In this document: positions 1-11,000 of the stretch, piece by piece
Numbering within the stretch: the stretch's first letter is position 1
Layout of the letters: the number at the start of each line of letters is the position of its first letter
From: Nemertoderma westbladi
Lineage: Eukaryota; Animalia; Xenacoelomorpha
DNA length: 50,449 nucleotides
Assembly (NCBI GenBank): GCA_032718475.1
Contig: JAUCBJ010008728.1
Span: 1 to 50,449 of the forward strand
Direction: 5' to 3'
Notes under the pieces: model-generated
Database searches by the model: none
What the model was told of the DNA's origin: nothing
What the model saw: only the letters and a program-made list of their open reading frames with translations
Program-made: the position numbers and the translations under genes

Positions 1-539
1 GACCGTTCCCGTAATGTTAGTATTACAGTGACTAAACGTGATTTACTTAGTAAGATGATGCATTAACTGATTAAAGCATATCATGCATTGGTTAGACATC
101 AAGTTCACGCTAAATAATTGACATCTCTTACTGTACTCTGGGTGGCTTACAAGAAGGGGCAGGTCGTTTCCAGAATTTACCTAGTATTTGGCCGAAATAA
201 AGGATCGGAATTCTGCATTCAATTATTTGCTATGCCGTCATAATACAGTAAGACCTAGGTTTTATTTTTGTCACGCGTTATGTTTAGAAATTACTTGTAC
301 TATCGTGACTTGTAATAAAGCTTATGTGTTCTAGAATTAAGTTCACGTTTATTAATTTATCCATGATTTCATAATTTTTTTTTTTGTAATGGGGTTGTTA
401 GTGATTAACGACATAACTTAACCCGTTCCCACGATTGAGTGTGAGTGTGATATGTAACACAGCCCAATCGTTTAAAGGGAGTTAAACCAAAAAAATTAAC
501 AATAATGCCTCATTTTGAAAAAAATAAAAATAAATCGTT

Positions 540-731
540 AAATAAAATTTATTGACGAAATATTTATTACCAAATTATAATTGCACGATTATGAGGGGAT
601 GCATAGTGGACGAAGCGTTATTATACACAAAATTCAGAATATGGAAAAAATCCAGGGACCGCAATCGGGGATTGAACTCGGTACCTAGAGATTCCAAGCC
701 CAACGCTCTGCCAAACTGAGCCACTTGGGCC
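540..731 (-). mobile_element. tRNA-derived SINE-like element (tRNA-like head at 656-731)
   Basis: Minus strand reads GGCCCAAGTGGCTCAGTTTGGCAGAGC...GAGTTCAATCCCCG: Pol III A box, D-arm GCTC/GAGC and B box. Acceptor and anticodon stems are imperfect and an AT-rich body follows. The 3' boundary is approximate. Confidence 0.6.
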
Positions 732-1142
732 GTATAAGGCAGCAATACCAAAACCTATCCGGAAATTAACAACAACAACGGAGTGAATACTAGAAATATA
801 AACATATATAATAATTATGTGGAGGAATAATTATTACATATATGTTAGATGGTCCACTTGGCACCGGGCAACGTTATTGTGAGGGCAGTTGTTTGTCTTC
901 AGAAATATTCCGACAGAGGGTCTATAAATCCTTTCTGACGATTTCTTAATTCTGGTCTATTTGTAATAAATATTATCAAATACGTAACCGACGTACAGTA
1001 TATTATGTATATCCTAAAGTAATTATCCTACGAATATAAAATATATCATGCACTATTAATATACAGTTAATATAATTCATGCTACCACAACACCACAATA
1101 ATCATTATGTGGTATGAAACCAGTCAGGTTTAATGGTTCCAT

Positions 1143-3476
1143 CTAGCGCAGGAAGTAAGTCAAGCTGGTGGGCTTGACCTCCTGCCGACCATAATTTCCG
1201 GATTCTTCTCTGGCCATTTCAAGCAGGCATAATCGACCTATTGGTCTGTTGAGGCGTTGTTGTACGTAATTGAGCTTGCCCTTTTCCTTTACTATTATGA
1301 GATCGACGGACCTGACGAGACCATCAGCGCTGGTGTGTGTCTCAACTATGCGCGCTGTTTGCCAGTATTTGCGAGGTAAGTCCGGATCTACCACTAGGAC
1401 CATATCACCTACCCTGGCATTGTCCTTCACCGCGAACCATTTATTACGCAATTGGATGCTTGGAAGGTAGTATCTTTCAAAATGATTGGCGAATCTGCTT
1501 GACAGCAGTTGCACCATCTGCCATGTCTGTCGCAGGTGCTCATCACCATCCTCCGGGAGTGAGAGTGGAAGCATGACAACCTTCTTCTTCATTAAGAAGT
1601 GTGCGGGGGTTAGAGCTTCTAAGGCCTTGGGGCTGGATGAGATGGGCATAAGAGGTCTGTCATTTAGATAGGCTGAGACCTCTTCAAGTATGGTGCGTAA
1701 TATCTCATCGGTGAGATAAGCTTTGCAGGGCAGGATGTGGTGGAACGCTACCTTCACACTACGGATCAGCCGTTCCCAACTTCCACCCCACCAAGGTGCA
1801 TTCGCTGCATTGAATGTCCAGCTGGAGGCGGTGACCTTTAATAGGTTATCTACTTGCTCCTGATTCCACTTGTCTATGCTTTTAGCTATCTCATTATTGG
1901 CTCCTATAAAGTTGGTGCCTTTGTCCGACTGCATAGTATTACTAGTGCCAAATCTACCTATTTGTCTTCGCAGGCATAATATAAAGCAGTTCATGGAAAT
2001 GTCATTTACCATATCTAAGTGCACAGCGCGGCAGGTCATGCATACAAAGATAACGCACCAACGTTTTACTATAGTTCTAGCGCGCTTGACTTCAATGGGT
2101 CCAAATAGATCCACACCTGTGTGGGTAAAGGGTGGTTCGTAGCAGCTCACACGTTCCTTAGGCAAAGAGGCTTCCATTTGAGTCATGGGTGCGCAATAAA
2201 GTTTCTTGCACGGAATGCAATGCCGTAGTACTTGGTTTAGAGCATTTCTGGGCTTAATGAGATAGTACCGTGTACGTATCTCACTCAGTATACGCTCCCT
2301 GCCCGCGTGGAACAAGTTACTGTGCACATCCTGGATCATTTTGCGTTGTATGTTAGGATCCGAGATTAAGATTGGGAAAATTGTGTCGTGCGATAGTGGT
2401 GCATTTGTAAGTCTACCACCAACTCTGATTAACCCATCAATCATTGTGCTGGTATACTTATCATTGAACCGTAAGTTGGGGTTCTTAGACAGGTGTTCGT
2501 ACTTGGTAGGGTCATCCTGGAGCTGAGCTAGCCTCAACAATTGTTTATTGGTATCATCGACCTCTTCAGCAGACAAGCTACTCAAGGGGGAGGATAACTT
2601 GGAGTATCTAAAGTGTACATATCTCTTTAAGATACTGAGGGCGCGGCAAAGTTTGTGCCACGAGCTATAATGATCTAAGGCTTGAGTTATAAGTGGGGAT
2701 AGGCCTGGAATTAAACTGGGAAGTTGTTCTGCACTGATTAGCAGACTATCACCAGGACGCAGATCTTCCTGTACATGCATTGAAGTCATGTCCAAAGGTC
2801 TGAAAAGTTTCGATTTTGATGCTCGCACCTTGGGCTTAATAATCTCGGCGCCCTTCGCTTGCTGCCGTATTTCGGCAGGTGTTAGATTTGCTGGCCATTC
2901 ATCTTCTGGTTTATGTAGAAAAGCTGGTCCTTCCAGCCAACATTTCGTATTGATAAGTTCCGTAGGTGTCGCGCCTCGCGATGCAATATCTGCAGGGTTA
3001 AGCACTCCCGGACAATGCCGCCATTGCTCAACCTCAGTGTTCTTTAGGATAATGGCAACACGGTTGGTCACAAAAACGCTGAACTGGCACACCGTGTTTG
3101 TTAGGTATTCTAGAACCAAAGCTGCATCAGTCCAGTACACTGTCTTAACTATATTGTAGTCCGTTTGTGCCAATATATTCTTAGCTATAATGGTACTATA
3201 TAAAGCTGCTTTGAGTTCTGCGCGGGGAATGGTTAAGGAGTCCTTTGGCCTGGCAATAGGTCTAATTAGTGCTTTGGAAGCAGCCAATGCTACCTTTACT
3301 CCTTCAGGGGTTACTACCCTAAAGTAAGCCACCACACCCATCCCCTTATCACTGGCGTCGCCGAATAGATGGAGTTGAAACTCGAAGGTAGGCAGGACAT
3401 TCCCGAAATATGCTCGAGGCACTAAAAGGCCCTCCAAGTCAGGGAGTGACCGTTCCCATTTCCACCAGTCATCTAG
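1143..3476 (-). CDS. Bel/Pao retrotransposon copy 1 pol, C-terminal part (RNase H, integrase, DUF5641-like tail)
   Basis: Motifs LHLFGDAS, TIPRAELKAA, YWTDA, WRHCPGVLNPADIASRG (Pao RNase H); H-x4-H...C-x2-C zinc finger; GVDLFGP, SDKGTNF, APWWGGSWERL (integrase); tail YLPSIQLRNKW...GDMVLV...GLVRSV. Continues the 15237-21467 frame once the insertion is removed. Confidence 0.95.
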   Translation of the reverse strand, partial: LDDWWKWERSLPDLEGLLVPRAYFGNVLPTFEFQLHLFGDASDKGMGVVAYFRVVTPEGVKVALAASKALIRPIARPKDSLTIPRAELKAALYSTIIAKNILAQTDYNIVKTVYWTDAALVLEYLTNTVCQFSVFVTNRVAIILKNTEVEQWRHCPGVLNPADIASRGATPTELINTKCWLEGPAFLHKPEDEWPANLTPAEIRQQAKGAEIIKPKVRASKSKLFRPLDMTSMHVQEDLRPGDSLLISAEQLPSLIPGLSPLITQALDHYSSWHKLCRALSILKRYVHFRYSKLSSPLSSLSAEEVDDTNKQLLRLAQLQDDPTKYEHLSKNPNLRFNDKYTSTMIDGLIRVGGRLTNAPLSHDTIFPILISDPNIQRKMIQDVHSNLFHAGRERILSEIRTRYYLIKPRNALNQVLRHCIPCKKLYCAPMTQMEASLPKERVSCYEPPFTHTGVDLFGPIEVKRARTIVKRWCVIFVCMTCRAVHLDMVNDISMNCFILCLRRQIGRFGTSNTMQSDKGTNFIGANNEIAKSIDKWNQEQVDNLLKVTASSWTFNAANAPWWGGSWERLIRSVKVAFHHILPCKAYLTDEILRTILEEVSAYLNDRPLMPISSSPKALEALTPAHFLMKKKVVMLPLSLPEDGDEHLRQTWQMVQLLSSRFANHFERYYLPSIQLRNKWFAVKDNARVGDMVLVVDPDLPRKYWQTARIVETHTSADGLVRSVDLIIVKEKGKLNYVQQRLNRPIGRLCLLEMAREESGNYGRQEVKPTSLTYFLR

Positions 3477-4437
3477 CACACTCTTAAAAAAGAATTGTCA
3501 AACTGACAAAAAAAAAAGCCATTGTGACAATATAATATTGGCAAATGCGTCTGTCAAGAGGTGTTGCTAAACTAACAATATTATATTGTCAAATATTTTA
3601 CTAATATAATTTTGTCAAATTATCCACTTATATTGTTAATTTGTTTTTGTATATTTGCTATATTGCCAATACACAATTGTGACTTGGCAATATACAATGC
3701 CAATAATTTTGGCAAAATATTTGCTAAATCATTAATATAACCAGTTTACATATATTGCCAAATCTCAAATATAGCTTCACCACGCCCAGGCGACCTCAAT
3801 TAAAAATCCATTGTTGAAATAAGTTAACCCAGAACCCAGTTAATAAAAAGTTTATCTATGCGAAATAACAAGTTGAATATTATATTTAAAATTAAAATCT
3901 CACAACGAAATAAATCTAATAGTTACAATAAGTTTGGCGTATTTTTCTCAAGTTACAATCAATTAAGCAGGGCCCATAGGGGCAACGAAAATATTTTGGG
4001 CTAAATATTAGAAGTATATATACTTCTAATAATAAATGAAAAGTAGCAAAACTAATTAATGACAATTTAAAATATACATATATAAAACACATTACTTACT
4101 AAAGTACAAAACGTATTAGGAACCATCTAAAAATAATGTTGCGGTGCGATGAGGGTCAGCAACTTCGTGACAAAACTGTGGCATCGAGGGTGCCGCAAAG
4201 GTGGTGGCTGAGGGCGAGGGGGTTTGTAATTTCGAGGTACTTAATATATAATTATTATATTTAAAAAATGAAATATAAGGGAGAGTGGCAGGTGGGTTAA
4301 AAGTAGAAGAAACTGCGACATAATTTATGAACGGCTCCAAAGTTACAACGAATAATGTACAACGAAAAATAATATTTTATATAAAACCAAAAATAACAAA
4401 TCTATAATTTAAGAATATTTAAAACATAAGGGACACA

Positions 4438-5106
4438 TTACAGCCTGTGACGCAGAGAAATATATAAGCTATTTTTCTTAGAACGAAGTTTGAGAGGCCA
4501 CGGTGATAAGAGTAGTTCAATTTCATCAATAACTGACAATGGGTTAGTAGGACACTTTTCTACTTCATAGGACTGAAAATGCTCACTATAACCTAAAACT
4601 AACAATGGCCTAACAATTATCTTATACTGATTAGAATCGGTAATTAATATATTATTAATAGAACAAAATATAGGTAGAGAAGAAATATCAAAACCAAAAC
4701 ATACAACATCTCCTAAGCAATAGTCAACCGAATACAACTCTATTGCTGAACATGACGTTATCTCCCTTATAATGCCATAATCCAGCAACAGGGAGTTTAA
4801 TTCTGAAACTTCTGTTAGTCTTTGCAATTGAGTTGCTGTTGGTTGTTTAATTTGCATATCTACACCACTTATACCTACACCTGTACAACTAAAGAATTTA
4901 TATGCCTGGGACATTTGATGTCGCGTTGATAAGGTTTTAACTATATTCTTAAAATTACACACAACTGAAGCTGTTTTCTTAAGCGGGGCGTGCTTTGCCT
5001 CACATCTCATGGACCACATTCCTAGAAGAGGGCCTGCCTGAATAATTGCTGTAGGGTAGTGAATCAAATGATGAAATTTAAATTGTAAACGATCAGGGTT
5101 GAATGT
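4438..5106 (-). pseudogene. C-terminal remnant of EnSpm/CACTA transposase
   Basis: Reads ...LQFKFHHLIHYPTAIIQAGPLLGMWSMRCEAKH, matching the CMC transposase K-x-H-x3-HYP...GPL-x3-W-x-MR-x-E-x-K block. Only ~50 bp separate it from the upstream ORF stop, so the N-terminal/catalytic part is missing. Confidence 0.8.
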
Positions 5107-5156
5107 ACGTACATATATTATATCCCGTTATGACAGGTACAAACAGTCAAACATTA

Positions 5157-6881
5157 TTACTCATCGTTGCCAAACTTAATGTCTGAGAGTAATGATGAAA
5201 CTTTACTCGATTCCTCGGTAGCTGGAATACCATAGAGACGTTCAAGGAAGAGCCAAACATTCTTCGAAGCAAGTTGATACTGCAGATTAGCAACATGTAT
5301 CAGTTTGAACGTAAGGTCTAACGCCTGGAGTAAAGAAGACCTAACGAATCTGTAAGAATTGTATATAACAACGGATTGCTTCGTGTCGGATAAATATACT
5401 ATGAATGGAGCCAGAGATATTTCCATTGAAGCATATCGGTTAGACATTTCAAGAACCTGTCTGTCTAGTGAGGCATGATCCTCCGATGTCATAATAAAGG
5501 AATTAAGACATTCTTCTAGAGTTGGCCGCCATATCTTACGCTTAGAAGAGCCTGGGAGTTTCACCCACGTCCTGTTACACAACTTGTATGGAAGGCCCGC
5601 TAAGGCATGTCCTACGATAGAATCCTCGGTTTTATATTGTTTCGCCATTCTGCGATGTTCTCCAGTCATTGAATGTAATATATCAAAACACACATCTTCA
5701 AAGGAAGACTCAAAAAGGACATTTGGGGATACAGTAGAAAAGTTATTGGTTTCAATAAGCTTCTTGAAGTCTATTAGGATACATTCATACAAAGTATTAT
5801 CATTACAGATGTATGGGAAGTCTGACAATATAATATCACCATGATATAGACCAACGAGTCGATACAATGAAGTTGCTATAAATTGAGGTTTAGAAAATCC
5901 ATTATGTTTTAAATAATTCAGGTCATCCTCGCAATCATGGTAAAGGTCGTTGGTTGTTAAACTTGATATTGGTCGTGTCTTGACTGCTGAGGAAACTGCA
6001 CTCGCATTGTCACTGGAAGCATCTAACAATTTTAGTTTTCGCCGAATTGTTATCAATTTATTATGGAGCTTCCCCCCATTGATATTAGTAGTATATGATT
6101 TCTTAGTACTGGGTGCAACCCTGGTACATGATTTCTTATAGAAATATGTGGTTTTCGATTCGTGTGGAAAAAAATTGGATATTTCTTCCGCTGCATACGA
6201 GAGATCAAACGGTGAAGGCGACGTGCCAGGGCACGCTTCAACCATATAAGAGACAACTATAGACACCAGCGTTTGGCGATCTGTTTCACCAAGAACAGTC
6301 TTCTGAGATAATATTCGTCCTTCATTAGATTTGACAAGGCAACTCGACAGTCCTTCTGGGAACAGAGGGTGGGAACGAGAGATACCGGTAGATGTTTTAG
6401 GGCGTTTCGGATTTGGGTCTGCAGGTGCATTGGGATCAGCCACACTACTACTTCTAGACTGTTGCTCCCCTCCACTGAGCTCCCAAGCTACGCTGCTGTT
6501 ACCTGTCGGGGTCGGTATGTCTCCAAATACCCCTCTATCGAGACGCAATGGTAAAAGTTCACGGTCACTTTCAACATTAGGAGTTGATTCAATAGGCCTT
6601 CCGGTTGAGGTTGTAGTTGTAGTATAAAATAAATCAACATTAAACTGACCATGAGGTGATGGCACCTCTTGAACATGCAAATGTCTTGTAGGGGCATGCT
6701 GGCAGTATGTACAGTTTTGGGTAATACTAAGGTCTGATGGTATAATATAGGTATCGCACACATCAGGTCCACAGTCAGAGCAGGAACCACGTGATATTCC
6801 CTTACTGTCTTTCATTGGAATTACATACCGGTAATTAATGTCCCATATAGCTAAGAACACATAAAAGCAAAAGTATAACAT
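5157..6881 (-). CDS. CACTA accessory protein (N-terminal Cys/His zinc-finger-like motif, conserved helical C-terminus)
   Basis: 574-aa open frame inside the TIRs. C-x2-C-x4-C...C-x2-C-x-H-x4-H near the start; C-terminal ALDLTFKLIHVANLQY...VWLFLERLYGI resembles second ORFs of animal EnSpm elements. A likely splice acceptor (ttcttag) at ~6851 suggests the real start is MKDSKG. Confidence 0.75.
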   Translation of the reverse strand: MLYFCFYVFLAIWDINYRYVIPMKDSKGISRGSCSDCGPDVCDTYIIPSDLSITQNCTYCQHAPTRHLHVQEVPSPHGQFNVDLFYTTTTTSTGRPIESTPNVESDRELLPLRLDRGVFGDIPTPTGNSSVAWELSGGEQQSRSSSVADPNAPADPNPKRPKTSTGISRSHPLFPEGLSSCLVKSNEGRILSQKTVLGETDRQTLVSIVVSYMVEACPGTSPSPFDLSYAAEEISNFFPHESKTTYFYKKSCTRVAPSTKKSYTTNINGGKLHNKLITIRRKLKLLDASSDNASAVSSAVKTRPISSLTTNDLYHDCEDDLNYLKHNGFSKPQFIATSLYRLVGLYHGDIILSDFPYICNDNTLYECILIDFKKLIETNNFSTVSPNVLFESSFEDVCFDILHSMTGEHRRMAKQYKTEDSIVGHALAGLPYKLCNRTWVKLPGSSKRKIWRPTLEECLNSFIMTSEDHASLDRQVLEMSNRYASMEISLAPFIVYLSDTKQSVVIYNSYRFVRSSLLQALDLTFKLIHVANLQYQLASKNVWLFLERLYGIPATEESSKVSSLLSDIKFGNDE

Positions 6882-7154
6882 CTTATATTAGAACTCTATA
6901 CATTCAGACATTACATAATTACATATTATTTTGCTATGTATAGCGCCTATAGTCAGATAGTAAGCCTACAATTTATAAAGTAAAGATACAGGGACTTAAA
7001 TTATTTATCAAATTATAATTATTTATTTAGGCCTATTGTTATTTACAATACTGTTAGGCCTAGAAATAATGATTACCGGTACAATGTATTGTCAGTTTGT
7101 CAGTGCAGGATGTCTATAATGTCTTGTCAGCGTTCAGCTTGTGGGTGCCTAAGC

Positions 7155-7525
7155 GTTCATATGCGTACCTCTGGCAAAAGAAGCAGGTTACAGTGGTGGT
7201 GTTTTCTAACCAAAACAATAAACTAATCTCCATTACTTAATTAACGGAAAGGAGCAGGTTACAGTGGTGGGCTTTTCTAACCAAAACAATAAACAATATC
7301 TCAATAACATAGGGTATTTCATACTTATAGTCTTATTTTTGCAATACGAAAATACCAGAGGTACGCATATGAACTATAACTATTGTTTTGGTTCCCCCAA
7401 CACGCCTCTGTAACCTGCTCCTTTCAGCATTTAAATACAAGTAACCTGCATAATCTTGTAACATCTGTTAACTTTCGTTTATTGTTTTGGTTCCCCCAAC
7501 ACGCCTCTGTAACCTGCTCCTTTAA
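7155..7525. repeat. Small foldback/MITE-like repeat cluster
   Basis: Perfect 20-bp inverted repeat GTTCATATGCGTACCTCTGG (7155-7174 / 7355-7374). Two direct copies of AGCAGGTTACAG...AACCAAAACAATAA lie inside and two inverted copies follow; the same motif recurs at ~49823-49868. Confidence 0.7.
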
Positions 7526-8008
7526 ATCTGTAAATGGCAATGTTACATTCGAGCTTAGTAATTTGTAGATCGAATGTAACATAGTTATAGGATCCAATGT
7601 AACATAATTGCAGTTACGTTCGATAGGCCTACGAAATAACTATGTTACATTCGATCCTGATTACGTTCGGTCATGTATCCATAAAGATGTACCGGCAGAC
7701 CGGTATGTAAATCTTGAAAATGTAAACTCTAAACTAACATTTAACATTGCGTTTGCGAGACTATTGATCGATGCGTACCGATACTTACTAATAATAATAG
7801 TATATTATTCAAACTTAGGTCACTTAAGACCCCTGTTGATATATTACAAGCACAAGCACAGTTATGGATAATTATTTACAAATTATACTGCACATCAACA
7901 ATATAGAGCTTATCTATACAATATATTCCAAAATGAAAATAAACAATATTGAAGAGCACACAATAAAAATAAATATACTAAGAAATCGCATTTCAAAGCA
8001 AAAATATG

Positions 8009-11000
8009 CTATGTATAGTTTTCAAAACCCGAGCTCCCTAGTATAGACCCCCTTGCCTTCATTGCATAGAATATATACAATGCTATTCCGAAAACTATGT
8101 TATTGTCGACCGCGCACATCAATTTGTTGAATTTGAAAATGGACGGGTACCGAGAAAAGAACCGACCAAGATAATTACAACGTAAAGAATTATATTTCTC
8201 GCATACCAGAAGGAAATGGTACTCGTCCTCCACATCTCCGTTGCCACAAACAATACAAAGACGTTGATCCCGAGGAATGTTGTACCATCTACCGGTTTCG
8301 ATTGCAAGATAGTGGGAACTACAACGGAAGCGCGCAAAGGACTGTCTTAGACTCAAATGATTGTGCAGAAGTTGAATATATGGAGATGTCCTGAAGGTTT
8401 CCTTAATGTAAAAAACTCCCTTTGGTGATTCGACAATATCCTGTCTCCATCTCTGTTTAAATTGATCTCTGATGCGAACTTTTACTGATGCAAGGAACTG
8501 CGTTCTGGACTGTATTAATTCACTTTGGGTGGACCACACATTACTGTAACCGAGGCTGTTCAATAAATCTCTCACCTTGGTTGCCCAATTAACTACGGAA
8601 GGGTCCTGGACAGAGTCGTCAAGCATCATTGAATATGCTCTCTTCAATAGACGAGTTTTGGGCAGTGCCACTACCTTCAACCAATACTTAATAATGCTTT
8701 GATACCTGCCTGTATAAAGTGGAAACTGTCCAGTCTCACCATAAACGACGAAATTGGGAGAATTACTGCGGATACGCAAAAAACTTTTTAAAAATTTCAG
8801 ATTGACGCGTTCTATATCAATTGCTTCTTGGAATCCCCATACTTCGCTACCGTAGTTTAATATCGGTTTAATAAGTGCATTAAACAAAAATATCGCTACA
8901 TCAAATGGCAAACATGGATATTTTACAAATAATTTGAGTAATGAAAAATAAGCTTTTTGCGCCTTCTCTGCGAGTACCTGTTGCGCAATGTTGAACTTAC
9001 CAGACGCAGAGAAAGTAATACCTAGATAAGTGTACTGGTTCACTACCGTCAACTTTGTACCTTTATATGACCACGTATCAGAGTTACATAGTCTACCCCC
9101 GTTACGAAATACTACAATATTTGATTTATCAATGTTTACTGAAAGGCACCAATAATCACAATACTGTTCTAGAATATTTAATGCACATTGAAGTTCAATT
9201 GGACTGTCGGAAATAATAACAATATCATCAGCAAATAACAGTAAATACAATTTCAGCACTCCAATAGATATGCCACCGAAACCACCTCTGGATAGTTCTG
9301 CTTCGAGGTCATTTATGAACAAACTAAATAATAAAGGTGACAAACTTTCACCTTGTAGAACTCCTATTATACAATCGTAGGAATCCGACAATAACCCATT
9401 TGAACGTACGCATGCTTTTACCGAACTATACATACTCTTAACTATATTCAATAATTTACCACCAACACCTAGAGACAGCAATTTAATCCACAAAGCACTT
9501 CTGTCTACACTATCGAAAGCTTTTTTCAAGTCAATAAAAGCACAATATAGTTTACGTTTCTTGCTATTACCAGATAGAAAATGGTCAATCAGTGACTTTA
9601 AGATAAGCATTTGGTCTACAGTCGAGTAACCAGATCTAAACCCACCCTGTGCGTCGACTATAATGCCAAATGCATCTGCCCACCACTGTAATCGACGATT
9701 TAAGAGAGACGTAAATAATTTACTTAAAACGCTTAATAACGTAATAGGCCTATAGTTCCCGGGATTTAACTTTGCACCTTTTTTAAATAATGGAGTAACA
9801 ATTCCTATAGACCACTGTGATGGAAAATTACCAGATTCTAGAATAGCATTAAACAACATAACAACTGTAGGGACTAAATGATCACAACCCTCAATCAGAA
9901 ATTCGTTCAGTACATTATCAATACCTGGTGATTTGTTACGTTTAAGGTTATGTATAATTTCTGACACTTCTGGTTCCGTAAATGGCATTCCCAGATCACG
10001 TTCAAAAATTGTTCTAGAATCATTTAGGTTAAAATTATCGGTGGGAGAGGGAATTGGTACGCCTGTATCACAAAAATTGCACTCGTGATCGCTTTGGTTC
10101 TTATAAAAATCGCGGAATTGTTCAAGTGACGGCTGGGATGCACTATTACTAACTTTGCTACCACCGCACACCCTTTTAACTTTTTTCCAAAATAGTTTGG
10201 CTTCAGAAGTGCGATGAAGTTTCAATTTGGTTGCTTCATCGATATAATGTTCGTATCTGGCTTTACGAAGTGTTTTCTTATATACCTTACGTTTATTCGA
10301 CAATAAGGAATATGATTCGCCAGTCCGTAAATTACGCCAATTTTTCAGCGCACTACTGAATTCCAATTTTGCACCATTGCAATTATCATTAAACCAAATT
10401 GCACGGCAATGCACTTTGGCCTTTGCACTTTGTCCTACTGTTGTAGTAAAATATTCATTGGAAATATCATTAAAAATATTCGAGAATTTACCAATACATT
10501 TATCGATATTGCACTGAGAAAAATCGCACTCATAAATTAAATCGTCCTGCACTTCTTGTAGTTTATGTTGCACATTGGTTGACTGTATAAAGTTATGGTA
10601 ATCCGCCTTAAATTTATCGTTCCACTTGCAACATTGTGGTTGCTCAGGAGTGGTATCTGGTTTAGTATGATCTGCAGTGCCAGAAGTTATATCTGGTGGA
10701 TTGGGGTTTATGGTTGCTGCTACTATACAATGCTTACTGAACAAGTTAGGATCACCAATGGCAAACTCCCTACAAGAAGCTATAAGTGCAATTGACCCTA
10801 CAAAGTAATCTATAGTAGATGCACCATAAATATTATTACCTACATTACAATAATAGGTGTATTTACCAATGTTCGCATCGCTACCTACCCTACCATTGAA
10901 GATTTTTAAGCCAGTATTTTTGCAAAACGAGAGCAAATCCTTGCCGCATTTATTTAATGTCTTATCCATGTTTGAGCGAGTAACAAGTACATTATTCGCA

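Noticed and set aside
656-731. Functional tRNA-Pro gene
   Set aside because: Acceptor and anticodon stems pair poorly; treated as a SINE head.
4116-4340. 74-aa ORF in the CACTA 3' region
   Set aside because: Non-ATG start, short, no recognisable motif.
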